Of a DNA stretch of 64,000 nt, positions 24,701-39,488 are shown piece by piece (the first letter of the stretch is position 1; each line of letters begins with the position of its first letter). Source of the stretch: Catajapyx aquilonaris (taxonomy: Eukaryota). Made by a program: the position numbers and the translations under genes. Location of the stretch: NCBI GenBank assembly GCA_000934665.2, contig KZ538117.1, positions 62,001-126,000 on the forward strand, in the 5' to 3' direction. A model generated the notes under the pieces. That model had not been told where the DNA came from. It did no database searches and saw only the letters and a program-made list of their open reading frames with translations.

Positions 24701-27700
24701 GTGGAAAACACAAGGAACCATTTTTATATATTTCAAAATAAATGCGGAGTTGTTAAAAAATGTGATTTTACAAAATTTAATATATTATTTTTCCAGATGT
24801 TCTAGGCGTTCTGTAGTTCTGCTTCTGTAATGCATGATCATGCTTGCTGCCTCGTGAGTAGGACAGTGTTGTGGCTCTGAGGTACAGGATGATAAGTGAG
24901 CGCCAACGACCTATAACCAGCTGATTTGCACCGCTGTGGGTTTGCCATTTATCCTGGTAATCCTGAAAAACGAGTGAACTTTGTAATTTGTCTTGGTTGA
25001 ACCGGCTGCGGGAGTTTGTTATCGGAATAAATATAATCTCTACAGCAGGTACCGGCACATAGCAGTGAGACTGTACTCTGCACCATTCTGCTAAGCCTGC
25101 AGCAAGCCTGTAAGTGCGATGATAAACTACAGTCCAATTTTCATTTCAAAATATTGATCATCTATGAAGCGTACCGGCGCGGATCAGTGACAGTGTCCTG
25201 TATTCTCGTCCTTTTCGCGTTGCAATCTGCAGTAAAACGGAGCCTGGCGCCTTGGGACAAGCCCGCCAAAGAATAATATAGTACCTTCATAACACAAGCC
25301 CAGCTCACCTTATCTTGTGTCACCCGTAAGCATGAAAAGTGTTGGCAATAACATTTCCCGTGTATCGAACGGGTCCGGACAGCAATACTTGGTCGGATTG
25401 GAAACGAGTGGAGAAGTGACAAGTAAGGACGCATTGTCAGAAGCCCCCGAAGAAAGTACGGGAGTCAAAACGGCACCAGACAAACATATTCTCATCTCCA
25501 TGAGAGGCAAATGGGATTCCTAAAGCCATTTTCCAGGCGCCTTGAACCTCGTAAAGACTCTCGAAGGCGATATAACTTCATAAAGACATGGGGCCATGGA
25601 CTGGAGAATTGAAGAAGAGATTGCGCACACCCACTTGAAGGATTTTGGATCGAATGGTATTGAGAGCGAGAGTACAAAAGTGAGTCCAGGGACCTGGTGA
25701 AGGGTCGACAGGAGATGGTGGAGAGGGGGGGGGGGGTGTGAAGAAAGCGCCCTCTGGAAATGGGAGCGGAAATATGGGTGAGGCCAGGCCGGGAAAGGTG
25801 ATAATCGAGGAGGTGAGGCTGCAAAAAGGAAGCTTTTCTACGATGGAATAGTCGAGTCCATATCGGAACAAAACATTCCTGGGTCAATATGGGCATCCAG
25901 CCAGTGACCAGTCTCACTCGTTCCAACAAAGGGTGTCAAATCAACGGCCATATTGGATCCGAGAATCATGGGTGTAGTTAATCAGAATTAGTGCTGGGCT
26001 TGGCGTCGGGAAGTGAAGGTTCTATAGCGGCGTGTATACTGCATTTTCAGAGGGCTATGAAAAGGGTTCAACTCTTGCTAGAAACTGTAAAAGCGATCGT
26101 TGCGGCCAAGGCGGAGTAAAATATGATTCACATATTATCACTAGGGTGAAGTACGCAACATTTCATTTTGGACCATGTATAGGGTGGTTTGTAAGGGGTC
26201 TTCAACCTCGGAGGGAAGTCGATCCAACTTTTCTTGCTGCATCCAACACATTTTGAATGAAGAAAATTAAACTCTTTTTAACGTACTTTATAATGTGTTC
26301 CTTGGCCATTGGTATCCTCCAGTTCTCAGTCGAAAATGTTCCTGCGCCACTGAAATGCAAGACACAAATAACTCGGTCGGATTTGTTGCTCGGCTGTGCG
26401 GAAGGGTATGTGGGTAGGCCCTCTCTCTCCCTTCTGCCTGTTGTCCTCCCAAAAGTTCAGTCAAGAAATTCTTCTACCCCTAGTCACTGCTGCCATTTGG
26501 CTCCACTTGCGCTAGATTTCTTTTACTTTTCCCTCTTCCTTTTCTTTTCAATCCGCTCCCTCCACCCCTCAGCTCCACCCCTCTTTCTCTGCCATTTCTT
26601 TCGGAGCTGGCAAGGCTTTCTTGCTCTTGGCCCCCGAGGAAATTTCTTCATCTGCCAAAAGCCAGTGCCAACGTCATTTCCATCAAAATCTTACAGACTT
26701 TGCCGTGAGTTATCCTTGAACAATAAAATGTATTTGCCCTTTAGTCACAGTATCAAGAGGTTGAGGAACTTGGAATGCCAACTGTGGGTAACAATGTAAA
26801 GAATGCTATTATCCTTGATGGGATCGAGCAGGTCATGTTGTGTGGAACTTACATGCTTGTTCATGACCCTGTTTTTGACTAGTATGAAGCTGACATGGGT
26901 ATGAGAGGAGCCATCATCTGCATGTGACAAACTCTTTAAGAAACTGCTGTTACATTCCGAATGTATGAAGGAAAAGTTGGGCCTCAAGTCGTACGATCTT
27001 GCGGAGATCTCTATAGTAGATTTACAACTACGTCAGAACTAAACTTGGCACTGCCTTGTTTTCTCCGACTTTTGGAAACCTGCGGACCTCTTGTGTGGCG
27101 TACTAGAAATAATGCGATGAATATCCGACAGGAAGTAGCCACATAAGCCACGTGGTGATTCATGACATCACGACTCATTTGCGCATTTTATCAAATAATT
27201 CTGGCACACATTCCCCCCCAGCAAACGAGCTATGGGCTATTAGACAATCAATGCCCTCCGCCTTCCCTGAGGATTAAACTTGTCAATATTTTTGCCTGCG
27301 AAAAGCTCAGCATGCAATCGCGAATGTGGAACTGAGTCATGTAGAGTTTTATCAGGAATATGCACTTGTTAGGGGAATAATGAGTAGCGTTATGTTTATG
27401 GTGATCAAATTGTTTTCCTGCAGTTTCTAGATGCGTCAATTTCAATTTTGTGACTGTAGACGGTGGTATGTTGCCTGATTTGACATGTTAAACAACATGG
27501 TGGGTGAATATCGAGATATACCAGTGGAAATGCGCATGCGTGACTGGACGGAGTGATCCATCCACTGTTGCTAGTGTACCATCCTAGCATCTTAGTAGGT
27601 GCTCACAACTGTCATGTTTTGTCAACATGATTTTGCTATTTCATCCTAGTTCGTACTTGAAAACTTCAAGATTCGCAGATTATTTGCGTAAAAGTTAGTC

Positions 27701-28809
27701 TTACAATACCATTTTTTATGCAGTCAAATTGGAAATGGAATTTGCTTTAAGAAGACGTATTGATTGCACGAAGTTATGATTTGACGAGTCGCTTCACTCA
27801 TCTTCAACTGAAAATTCTTTAAAGGTATGGTTCCGAAAGTTGGACCTTAAACATTAGACAAATCACTGATTCCGATTATGTGGCCAACTCTGCTCATTTC
27901 GCAATTTCTCCACCAGTCACGCCACATGTATTACAATCATGGCCGCCAACTTTAAAAATATCGCCCCTTTGACTTTAAACTTTGCCCTTAAGTTTGTTAC
28001 TAAAACTGACCACGTATTCGGAATCAGTAATTTTTGTCTATTTTTTTAAAACTTTCCGAACTACCATGCCTTTAAAAAGCCATCCTCGGAGGGCGCATTT
28101 TGGTCTCAATTTACGCAGGCTTGACACGGTACTTCTCTTTCGTGAGGAAGGGACGAGGGGAAGGGGTTGGCAACAGATTTACACCGCAGGATATATTTAG
28201 GATTTAGGCATTATTAATGGGTAGGCCAACTTTCTTGGTTCTCGTCGCATGTCGTCACAATTGTACTTATTGTTTTGATTTACTGCCTGTTTTAAAAGTT
28301 GCATTTATGCTGAGAAAACTTGAACATTTACCCTCTACATACTGTCTTGGTCATACAGCATGCGCATGTTTTTGTATACTGTGTAATAATTATTATCTGC
28401 TGCGTTTCTTACTTATAAAAATTATATGGAGTAATTTTTTAAATACAAATATAGATATTTCATATAAAGATATTTTTGTATTTCCACGCTATATCCTGCA
28501 GTTCTGGGTTTTTACAGCACACAGTAGGATACAGCAGAATGGACGTACCAATATCTGTGACCTGTCGATACTTTTGTCTACTGGACAGTTCAATAGACCC
28601 AAGTAACTTTTGTTACAGTCTGTAGTTACAGTTTAAACAGTAAGACTGGTTTTTGTAACTAAAATACAGTGCCTAACATAAAACGAAGCCACAAAAAATA
28701 TGCAAATTTCACTCCATTGCCATTGCTACGAATTTTATTATTCGCTTTGTAGTGGTTCGTCATTAGTATGTTACATTTTATACATATTTCACAACGTATG
28801 TCCCCTTGT

Positions 28810-29036
28810 TCTAGATGCAAATAAATACGGAGGCCTCGACGTGTGCCCCAGGGTGATCATTAGGGGTAGTTTTTAACGGGGAAGGTTTTTAGCACATTGG
28901 ACTTGACCTCCGAGGTCATCCTTAGCCGCAGGAGGCGAAAGGGCAGAAAAGCAGGAACCCCGGATGTAGCGTCGATACATCGATTCATTCAAAGTATATC
29001 ATAACCCGAGCAACGCCGCGCCGGGTATCCTGCTAG
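28810..29036 (+). mobile_element. Short non-autonomous Helitron-like element
   Basis: 3' GC-rich hairpin acccg-agcaacgccgcgc-cgggt (29004-29026) followed by CTAG|T (29033-29037). Candidate 5' TC end tctagatgcaaataaatacgg. No TSD or TIR. The 5' boundary is uncertain. Confidence 0.6.
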
Positions 29037-29685
29037 TTTGCTCTTAAAAATCTGACACACACATGCTAATTAGTTTAAAAACGCTAAGAAACTGCACTAA
29101 TTACGTTTAACACTCATTCATTAACGTATGAAGTGCATGTCAAATGTCAGAAAAAACAGTGGCTTGTTGCGGTTGTCCCCGACGCGTAGCCCACACTAGA
29201 CGTAATGTTCTGTGACGGAACTTGCATGGAGGTTGGGGGTTGCTCCTCTCTTCCAACCATCTGAAAGGGCCTCTTGGCAGCGGGTCAAGACGAGAAGCTC
29301 TTGAAGGCTAGGGCCAATTTCATATCAGCGTCTCTTGCGGAAGGGGAAGAAGACACCATTTTCACAAATTGGCTGAAAACCCTCTCTCGGAAAGATTGAA
29401 CTGGGTCCATTTAGCAAAGCAGGAGCAAGTTCGCCAAGGAGGGTAATGCGCACTTGCCTAGGAAACAGGAAGGAAATGTGAGAGTGTGGTCGAGAGGAGG
29501 GTCTAACGGTTACGTCCGCTTCAGATTGTCCGAGATAAGGACAACCTTGGCGGGAATTAGGATCTTTTCATGTAAGTTGACTCCTGGGTATCAGAATGTA
29601 GTATATTGTATGGTGCGAGGACTTAATTTATGATGATAATTACACATGCTTGATCCACCAGTCTTATTTTTGCGCTCACAAGAAT

Positions 29686-29890
29686 AGAGGGTGTTATAAA
29701 TAAACTGCATTAGGTTGGAATTGGCGCGTGGTTTCAACTCACGCCTACGACATTAGGGCTCGTTTTATCTTTCTACCCAAAGCCGGGGGTCCGAAGGATA
29801 AAACTTGCCCTTATCTCGTTGGACGGACTAATCGATCAGTTGGAACCAAGCGGCAATTTCAACCTTGCGGCGCTTCTTGGACATCATGAA
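29686..29890. mobile_element. Old palindromic MITE remnant
   Basis: aggttggaattggcgcgtggtttcaact pairs with agttggaaccaagcggcaatttcaacct, and agggctcgttttatctttc pairs with gaaggataaaacttgccct. Left end ta|gagggtgtt resembles the CAGGGTGT termini. Boundaries approximate. Confidence 0.65.
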
Positions 29891-30040
29891 TAATACGATT
29901 TCCCATGCATGGGGCATCTACCTTCTCTGCACTGCCAGGTGATTACTAGGTTAGTACCAGTGCATATTATAAATGGCGGATGACCCACCTAACCGCTTGA
30001 GGCTCCGTCGTCAGTCCCACCACTGGACGTAACATTACTT

Positions 30041-30572
30041 GAGGGGCTCCCAACAAGAGTGCTTCAAGTGACAAAAATAATTTAAAAAGTTATATAAAGG
30101 GTGTTTCAACTTTTTTGTCCGGACATTTATCGTAAAATTGCACGTAGCTGCTACTTTGTAAGCAGTGACTTGCAAACGGTGATTTTTTTCGGAGGAACGG
30201 GGAATATTCCCTGCGAATCGTAGGTTGGAGTGGCATACGTGCTGCCCGCTGAAAATTGAGGGTCAAGCCTGGAAAAAACTTTGCCCGACCCCCATTCCTC
30301 CGACAAATCACCAGTTGCAAGTCACTGCTTACAAAGTAGCAGCTACGTGCAATTTTCCGATAACTGTTCGGACAAAAAAGTTGAAACACCCTGTATATAC
30401 CATCTTTCACGTGCAATACTGGTTGTTGTGCAGAAAAATTCATGGACGACTTGAACCGCAAAGATTCATATTTGATCACATATGACTTCAGTGTATGTCA
30501 TTCACTTTAAGTCCCATTTTCTCGGAAACAGCATTTTGTGACTTGAACCACCACTCTTGTTGGGAGCCCCTC
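30041..30572. mobile_element. TIR element with GAG termini (Sola-like), hosting a nested family A MITE
   Basis: 21-bp perfect TIR gaggggctcccaacaagagtg / cactcttgttgggagcccctc, with imperfect extension. 4-bp flanks actt / attt. Confidence 0.75.
30097..30393 (+). mobile_element. Tc1/mariner-type MITE family A, copy 1
   Basis: TA-flanked, ~100-bp TIRs starting (c/a)agggtgtttcaacttttttgtcc and ending ggacaaaaaagttgaaacaccctg|ta. Homologous to 42217-42528 and 54966-55295. Strand is relative orientation only. Confidence 0.92.
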
Positions 30573-31211
30573 ATTTTGTTCCTAAACCTGCTTTGCTGAT
30601 CTCTCCGGTGAGGTGAGTGAGCCACATTCTGTTACATATTCACGTGGGCGGTTGCGTCAACCGTGAAGATATACGTGCGACCTTCAAGATTTACTCTCAT
30701 TACTCTTTGCACGGCAGAATCGGGCCGACTACACAGCTAAACCCCCGGGCGCAAAACAGCAGCGCCCTCAATCCATCCCCAAAAAAGTCAAACAAGAAGT
30801 AGGTGTCACCACAGCTAGGCCGGTGTCGCATAAATACCTCTCACCTTTACCTGTGGACAGTTATTAAAATAACCCCCGCCACTAAAACCACACATGAGTA
30901 GCCTGTAAGGCTGGGCTGTTTTCCAAGAATGCGGCATGCCCCAGTCCCCTAAGCCCATGACTGAAGGAAACATTCGTGGAGTTCCCGCATTCTGGCATGT
31001 GACCAATCTGAACTTAATCACACCATCGCTATTTTTTTTTGTCCTATGCGGCAAATTCTGCTCAGCGACCCACCTTTTATTAGCACGCCTACAGGCACAT
31101 TTTTTGTGTGCTAGGAGAATTATTTTGCCCTTTGCACACTTGACATGTGTAAAGTAGTTTGGCAAATGCAAGCTACGCCGCAATACTTAGAAGTGAAGGG
31201 TAAAAAGTGCT

Positions 31212-31280
31212 GGGTTGTACAGGACTGAGTGGTTCAGCCATTACTGATGGGCCTCAGTTCGATTCCCAGCCAGGACTTGT
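31212..31280 (+). mobile_element. Degenerate tRNA-like/SINE head
   Basis: A-box-like ggactgagtggt and B-box-like agttcgattccc at plausible spacing. No intact cloverleaf or TSD seen. Confidence 0.4.
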
Positions 31281-34200
31281 AGCAAAAAATTTTTTTGGCC
31301 TGAGTACAGCTCCCTCAATTGATGTAAACGTGTAATTAATAACGACTGAACTGGGAAATTGCGACTGATCAACTAATTATACGCCACTCTGCGTTAATAT
31401 AATTATGAACACTGCATTACAGCACTACATTTGGCTACAATATGTGCTGTTGGAAATATATTGTTTTGGCCACCCTGCGAAAATCGAGCGTTTCCTTCAT
31501 GTACATGAACTTGCAGTGCGGTTGATTGAACTATTGTACAAAAGCCTTTGTCTTCCGGCAGTAAGTTAAATGCATGCCTCTAGCGCTTGAACCTCCGGCT
31601 CCCACACAAAGGTACAATAAATCATTTTTCCCGTAATGCTTGCGTACAAAGGGAAGAAAAATATTCAACTTACAGCGTGATTCTAGAGACAACTAATCTT
31701 AGTAATAAAATATCACTAATTTTCTAATCCATCGCTTGCAAAGCTTGATCACTGTAGGAAACAAGAAATTCAAGGGTTTCTCCCGTAATTGGCCCTCAAA
31801 ATTATTGCAACGATAACCTCTGGATACATATACATTAACGTAATGACCCTAGTTGACTCAGCAAATAATTATTAGAAATGACCACAAGCTCGCATATAAA
31901 TATCAGGCTTTGTAGCGTCTTAACTCAGCTACAACTGCTAGGGGGCAACAGTACGGGCCTGAAACTAATTGGTCTCCATATGACATCCCGTCGCGACAAT
32001 GGGAGAGGGACCATGTACACCTATGTAAGAAGTTATGAAAATATCCATCCGGGAATAGGACCCCCGGTTGGAGCAATGGCGCCTGGGAAAATGATGAATC
32101 CCGGCACTCTCCCCAAGTGCTTGGGGTGGAGCACACACAGGGGGATAATTTCCATAGCAAATGATGTTTCATAGTAATCGCGTTAGATTTGCACCAGCTT
32201 TCATCTCTCCTCTGAGTAAGCGAGCATTTGCTTGGGAAAGCCTAGTCCTGGCAGCATTTGGCCGCCTTTCTACGCGCTTCCTACCCCCTCACTCTCTCCC
32301 CAGCCCCCCACCCCACCTCTCACGCTCAATAGCCTCCTCTAGCTGCACTAAGCCTATGCAAATACACCCAGAAACGGGCACCATTATAGCAACAGTGCAA
32401 TTTTGCCACAGGCCCTACCTGGAGCTAAATCTCTTTTTTTTTACACTAATTTTCTCTCTGGCTCCCCCTCTCGCTTCATTTCTCCTGGAAATAATCTGGA
32501 CTAATATTTAGGCGAGCACCGACTGCATGCGTGTTGAGATTGTGTCAATATTGTCGCGACACTTATGATATCCAGCCCTTCATACACAGCAAGGGAGATC
32601 TTGGCGGATTTCCTCTAAGAGAATGATTTCCGACAAACATTTTTTGGCGTGTTACGAACACCTTTTTGGCATTGTTGCACATTTTTTTCATAATGGGTTC
32701 ATTTCCATATGTTGAACCGTTGTGACGCACTAGGATCGCACTAACGCTAAAAATATAGGAGAGTCGAACTCGCCAAGTTTTGGCGGGAAAGACGGTTGAG
32801 AAGATGGCGGCACTTGGCGAATCGACGGTTGAGATATTGTGACAAAGTGTCACCTCAATTGTGGGTCATGTGACATTTCATTCTCTGACGTAGTTATGCG
32901 ATGCTAATCGAACAGGACGGTACATTAGCAGGTATGGTTACCTTCAGGATGTTGTTCACATGAGCACCTACTATCACACAGTTGCGTTTATTCAAATGCA
33001 AAATTGTTGAAAAATGTTTAACGTGTACCTACATAACGAGACTGAGAGTGCAGGCATGGAGTAATTGCACTCATCAACTGCTTCGTCCTTTTTCCACCAT
33101 GGTTACAAGGGAAAGGTGTTTTCGACTGACATGCTAACAGTGCGAAATTGCAGGCCGTTTGTGATGTGTGCCACTGCCGGCAAACTAATTGTTATTTGAC
33201 GTAATTAGCGCCCTGTGACTGCAGAACCGATGAATATTGGCGCCAGAAACACAAACAGTTTTAAAATCGCAGAGGGAAAAATCATAATCAGTTACCTGGG
33301 TTATCCAATTCTCCAAATTCCAGCAGCACAAAAGTAATAAATGACTGTACAAACAAGTTGATAAATCCATGAATACAGTCAACATCGGAATTTGACAATA
33401 CCGTACATTATATCCAACCACCCTGCAACCACAACCCAATATGTAATATACTACCCTATCTATCATTCAATAGAATCCCCGTTGACTGCAGAGATGTGCA
33501 TGCAAAGAGGTGCAAGAGTGATTTGGTTACCCTGAAAAAGTGGCGTGCAAATCCCGGGAATGCCAGCGAAGAGTATTGTGGGTCCAATTAAGGTTTTTGG
33601 CGAACGGGTGGTGCATGGTGGAGGGGGGGGGGTGGGTAGCTGGCATGGGGGAGAGAGGGTGCTACTGGGTGGAATGGAGCCCAAGCCCTTGGCATTGATC
33701 AGAGGAAATGAGGTGCAGAGCGCTTCAACCCAGGTGCAAATGGCTCTCTTTTTTAGCACCTCGTTTCTCAAGAGGAGACTAGGTTTAGCATTGGACAGGG
33801 TGTTATCGGCTTTCATTAGTTCGACTTTGGCTTCAGATTCATTTGAATTGGTTTTAATTATTGAGGGAGTGGGGTGCTCATAGTAGGGTGAATAGGGGGA
33901 TTATCATGTTCATTTTTTAAAGGATAGGGTGCGTTACTCTTGACCTCTGGATTAATCTTATGGAAGGGGGCCTTGGCCTTGGAGGCTATAGCTTTCTATT
34001 GATTGTAAGAAACCAATGGTTACAGAAAGAATCGAGTGTCCTGGGTGCAATAGTCTGCGTCGCTATATATTTACGTTGATCCTTGACATTTATCGGGTCT
34101 GAATTATATGGTATTATTGGGGGCCTTAACATGCCGGCACCACGTGTCACACTGCACAAATTTTTGGCGATTTTATTCTCAATTGTAAGGAGGGAAATAT

Positions 34201-37200
34201 GAAAGTGGTGTCACATTTTACATGCCAATTAATCCATATATGCTATAGATGAAAACATGCCTATATGACTGACCCTGAAGTCAGCGGAAACTTTTTATTT
34301 GTCCGGATGCAGTGAATTTCTCTGGCATATAACCTGATCAATACGGAAAATTTCAGCGGAACAAAGCGACTCCACTATAGGGTTTCTCTGTATAACCAAA
34401 CTCCGTTCGACCAACCATTTGCAATCGTCAAAGTGAATGTAACAGAAACTCCCTGAAGATCTCCAACTATACCGTGCCAGAAACTTGGGAGCCAGTACTG
34501 TATACATGCTGTGAAATGACCACCGAAACGTGCCTGGATGCATAATTACAAGCTGCCAAATCCTGTTTTACTTACCACTATCCTCCAGCATTGAGGAAAG
34601 CCACAGGAAACTAGGCATTATTTTGGTATGATTCCACCATCCACTTTGCATGCAACTCCTCCGAATGTCTAGTCTTGCTCCGGGCTGTCCGGGGGATTTG
34701 CGTGCGAAGCCTCTTACTGACTACAAGATGACAACAAGTTGCGTGTAAACGGTATGGTTGCACCGCCTTTACAGTTTGCTGGACTCTAGAAATGTCCATC
34801 ACCTTTCCACCCTTTCAACTGACGAACTATGATTACCTGAATCACTTGCACAGTGAGAGCTAATAGACACTGATAAACCGTGTAATTATACCCTTTAAAA
34901 AAATATCCTTTTGACCCTGCCGCCATATGATACTCTGTGACTCAGTATGACACTTGCGGGAGCAACACTGTAATTGATCGTATTGATAGCCAGCAAGTGG
35001 AAGTTTGTCGGCAAAGAGAAAATGGTAGTCGATATGTCAATTTGGAGAAGTGGTGGAATCACTCGAGTCTGCAATTCAGTATATGGCCTCCATTGACTCC
35101 CACATTTTTACTTTTTGGCAAGCGAAGACTCGAGTGTCCAGTCTCTATGGATCTCTGTGTGTCGCTATTTCAACTTTGATCCCTAACATGTTATATGTCT
35201 GGGGTCAGAATGAGTCATTTGATATAGTCCGATAAAGAACATGGTTTTAATCCTACAACTCACTGTGAACCAAATGAGATATCTTGAAACAAACAAGTCC
35301 TCAGAACAAGGACGAATAATCGTAGCAAATATTTTGAGATATTATGGATATCCGGTATGCCACGTATAAGCAATTGCACTGCATTATGCAGTTCGACCCA
35401 GATTCACCGTGCATCCTTTGTTGCAATATTCCGCGTGTTTCATAATTGAGCTCACATCAGTTGAAACCATAGATACTGATCTCTAATATACCTAGATCGG
35501 GATAGCTATAGTATCGATCGTGGTATCAGGGCACTAGTGGTAACAGACGAATAGATTACGCGGGAAAGGTTAGCAGCATATGCGGCTGATTGAAGGCAAA
35601 TTTAACTCTTTCATTACATGTAAGCGAAGTTATTTCGGACTCCGGATACACCATGAAAAAGCTAGAATAATTGCAATACTATGCAATTTGCAAATGAAAA
35701 TTACAGTATAAGATTTTTTTGGCGCTCACTTGTAATCAACCCATTGGGCCAAAGTGGGTGAAAATAGCTGTAGTGTTAGCACTAGCCATTGACTATGGGT
35801 GGTCCAAGGCACAACCCCGTGTCCGACGCCATTTGCCCCAGGGGTGGCTCGGGGTGAATCCCCCGCAATTTTCCCCATGGAAAAACGCCAAGCCAGATGC
35901 TCCAGCCCAATTTCGTTACCTTTGACCTATTCCACTGCCTGATGCTGGAAATTTTTGTTTTTGGTGCTTCGTCACTACCGGGGCCATGTCACAGGGGCGC
36001 ATCTCGACCCCTTTCTCTCCCTTTTATTAGTCCTGGTCCTAGTTATAGTTATAAATTAGTTTGAGGCCCACGGTCAACTGGTGCACTGAATTAATACTTC
36101 AATACTTAAATCAAACTTCATTATGTTTTAACATTAATTTATATTTACCGTTATTTTTGTTTTCCCTCGTGTGTAGCCCTGCATGGAGGCTTTGAATTAT
36201 CAATGCCTTTGTTTCACTTTTTGCTCCGCGCGGTTATAAAGTGGTTTATTGCGAGGGACATTTCAAAAAAGTGTGATTACTGTTCATGCAGTACTGAAAT
36301 TGGCCCGCGATCCTCAGTAATCCGGATTTGTTATGAGGCTCCATTACAATTGTATACAGTAGCATTGCGATATGGAAGAAAATACGTTGGTGTGACCTAC
36401 AGTATACGTATCTAACAGTAGTTATCAAAATTTAACATTTATTTCAATAATTACATTGCGTTTATATAACGAAACGGTATACTGTAAGCATAATACATTG
36501 TTATTTCCTGGGGTTTAAAATTTGTACAGAACTATTGTGATATCCACCTTACTGCTGTAAACTTGTGTATTTTTTTCCTTGGTCCCTCTGCGTGTTCTCT
36601 ACCATATTGTGTAACATTACCGTCATGTGGTCTCCGTTCTCTCGTGCCGTTGCATCCCTTCTTTTGTCCTTTCTACTCTTAAATACTGTTTTCCTTGCTG
36701 TTATTGCCCTGATGCTTGCTTTAGTCTCAAAAGGCCCGAGTTCATTATCGCGTCATCATCACGTTTACTTCCCGCAAGGGATTTTCATGAGAAGCGGAGG
36801 AGAGGCACAATAACTCATTTTCAAGCAAAAAAGTATCAGTTGCAGCATGAAGTAAGATAAAAAGCTAAAATGCAATGGAGGGCATTGTGCCTGCTAATTT
36901 TTGGGATTCATATAAAATTTCAAAAGTTAGTTACTCATTATTCTCGGAGTCACACTATTACAAAGGCTTTTTTGTAGTGCCAGCAAAGTTTTTCAGGTGT
37001 ATTAAGAGACTACTTTTTAATAGAAACAATTTCGTGTCAGGTACAATGTTTTTCGACTGCCATTTGCGTTGTCTTTGCACTTCTTTGTCTTAGTTTCATT
37101 CATTAAAGCGCAACAAGCAGTTAGTTGTGCAGCTTCTGGCAAAGCGTGTACAGTCAATTTGGAACAGTGACACTTGTAAACAAGCCAACAATGTTGATTC

Positions 37201-37968
37201 CACACTTTATTTCCAGAACGCGTGTGTGTCCATATCTCGCCCATCTCAACCTCACCTCTCTTTCACTCCGCTTTATTAACATTCCATGTCATGTTGCCAT
37301 ACTCGGTTGACTTACCTTCTGTTCAAACTGCTTCAACAATTTTTGGACGCTGATGACACCATTTCACATGATATTTTGTTGGACACTTCAAAATATTTTT
37401 TTGTATACTACTAAGAATAATTGCAACGACTTTTGGGTGCCGCAAGCGGCAAGGGGTGGCGGTTGACTTTTCCAAAACCGTTAGTCGCTACAACCGATCC
37501 TACTGGCTGCAGCCAAGAATTACCGCCTGCCATTGGCTCATTAGCAGGGTTGGCTTCTACTGCAAACTAGGTAATCCCCAAATGAAAATGGGAACTGGAC
37601 GCGGTGTGAAATGTGCCTTTGAAACCCATGTACCCTCCTGAGCAAAAAAAGATTGACGCAACACAGAATCCAAGTAACAGCCCAAAATTGGGCACGTTGA
37701 ACAATCAGGGTAATCGCTCGTACTTTGTTGTTAATTCTCTCTGCCGTCAGTATGCGCCTACTTTTTGCTGATGACGGTACAACCCCAGAACCTATATACC
37801 AACATCAGCCTAATCGATCCTAAATTGCGTCCGGTTTCATGTAGCCGAGTGAAAGCCCGCTACTTTTTTTTCCCCTCTCTCCCTATCGGATTAGACCATT
37901 GGAGAGTCATGCCGTTAATTATACAACATTCGCACCCATATTACATGTTAATTATTGTCTTCTTGCAG

Positions 37969-38076
37969 GCATCTCGATGCACAAGGGATACGCCTTTGTT
38001 CAATTCACCAACCCATTCGACGCCCGCAGCGCTTGCTTGGGCGAAGATGGTCGCACCGTGTTGGGACAAACCCTGG
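37969..38076 (+). CDS. HNRNPC: hnRNP C/RALY-like protein, second coding exon (RNP1 half of the RRM)
   Basis: Acceptor ttgtcttcttgcag| and donor G|GTAAGT. Encodes (G)ISMHKGYAFVQFTNPFDARSACLGEDGRTVLGQTL with the RNP1 octamer KGYAFVQF. Joins exon 1 in frame (g+gc = Gly). 108 nt, phase 1-1. Confidence 0.95.
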
Positions 38077-39488
38077 GTAAGTCCGTTTTGTCCTAAAAGA
38101 TGGCACTTTTTTTTGTAAATGGATGAGGAACGTTTCCTAAGTTGGCTAAGCAACTGTGCGGACATGTTATAGCGTTGGGATATTTTTTTTGCAATATTTT
38201 TCTCCGCACACTTCCACCAGTTTATATAAACTGCGCACCTGGGAGCAGCTGTCACCCACAGGCAACGGTTTATGTAACAGTTTGGAATTCATTAGCACGC
38301 TGAATATTTATTTGAACATGTATTAGGCAGTTAATTAGACTGTCACCGAGCGCAATAATTATTATAAATGTGGTCAGACCAGACGTAAAAATAAAAGACA
38401 TGGTAATAGTTGCCTTGCAATGCATATATACCTGTCCCTGCGTAACATGCCTGCGTTTCATTTAAAAAAAAATTTAGTCCAACAAACCGAGCAAACGCAA
38501 ACATCGGAGATACTCCCAATTTTCATGTTTAATATTATGGACTTTGCGACAAAGTTCACATGCACCAAATGAATAAAACGTGGGCGTCGGAATTTCAGAT
38601 CAGTTTAACACGTCATTCATATGCATGAACCTCATGTGTCGTGGTTCGTCAAATATTATGATTGCCAACCAGAAACATACCGGTGCCGCATTGCTCGCTG
38701 ATGTTATAGTTCGCATCGGGCTTTCATAATGCTCCCCCTATATCTTCAGGTCACACTTACAAAAGGCATACATATGAAAATCGCCTAACGGACTTGTTGA
38801 AATATTCGCTTGAAGGGTGGGGGGCCCCCATGAATTTAAATGCAACAAGATTTGAATTGGTGAGTGGCTTGATCTGATAATAGTCCCTGCAGGTTACATT
38901 TTAGAGCATATGCATTTTAACTGGGCCAACAATGGACTTGAAGTTCGGTCCAAACTTCAAATGATGCTGTAAAAGCAAACAAATAAATGAAGGAAAAAGG
39001 AAGGAACATTATGGGAGAACACAAAAACAAATCCAGACTCTTTTCTGCTTCCTCGTGTGGTAGTTGGAAAGGGTTTGGGCTTAGTAAGCAACCTGTGGGA
39101 GGCCAAAGAGTCGGCAGAGCCAGGAAACAATATATTTTGGACAAAAGGATGACGTTTCTTGCTCCCAGGTTTCCAAACCTTTGCCAAGAAGGACCGGGGA
39201 TTTATGGGAGCAAATGCTGCCTTGGAAGGTTCTCCAGAAATATGCTTTCTCTCCGCCAGAAAAAATGACACTTTTTTCTCGTATCTTTCTCCGTGCAGTG
39301 TTATTCTAAGGGGATTTCATTGGCCCATTGCGCTACTAGTTCATATTTAGGTGCAATATGTATTGTCCGCTCAATTAATGCTTGTTTGTAGACATTTTAA
39401 AGCTGACATATGCTCAAACTAATAACGCGATAAGGACATCACAAAGACGCGTTGTAATGTCCTACAAGCTACCTGGGAGATTATCATA

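Larger units (their letters stand above)
2196..37968 (+). other. ~35.8-kb GT-AG intron of the hnRNP C/RALY-like gene
   Basis: GTGAGT...TTGCAG boundaries join the two RRM halves in frame with no obviously missing residues. Confidence 0.9.
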
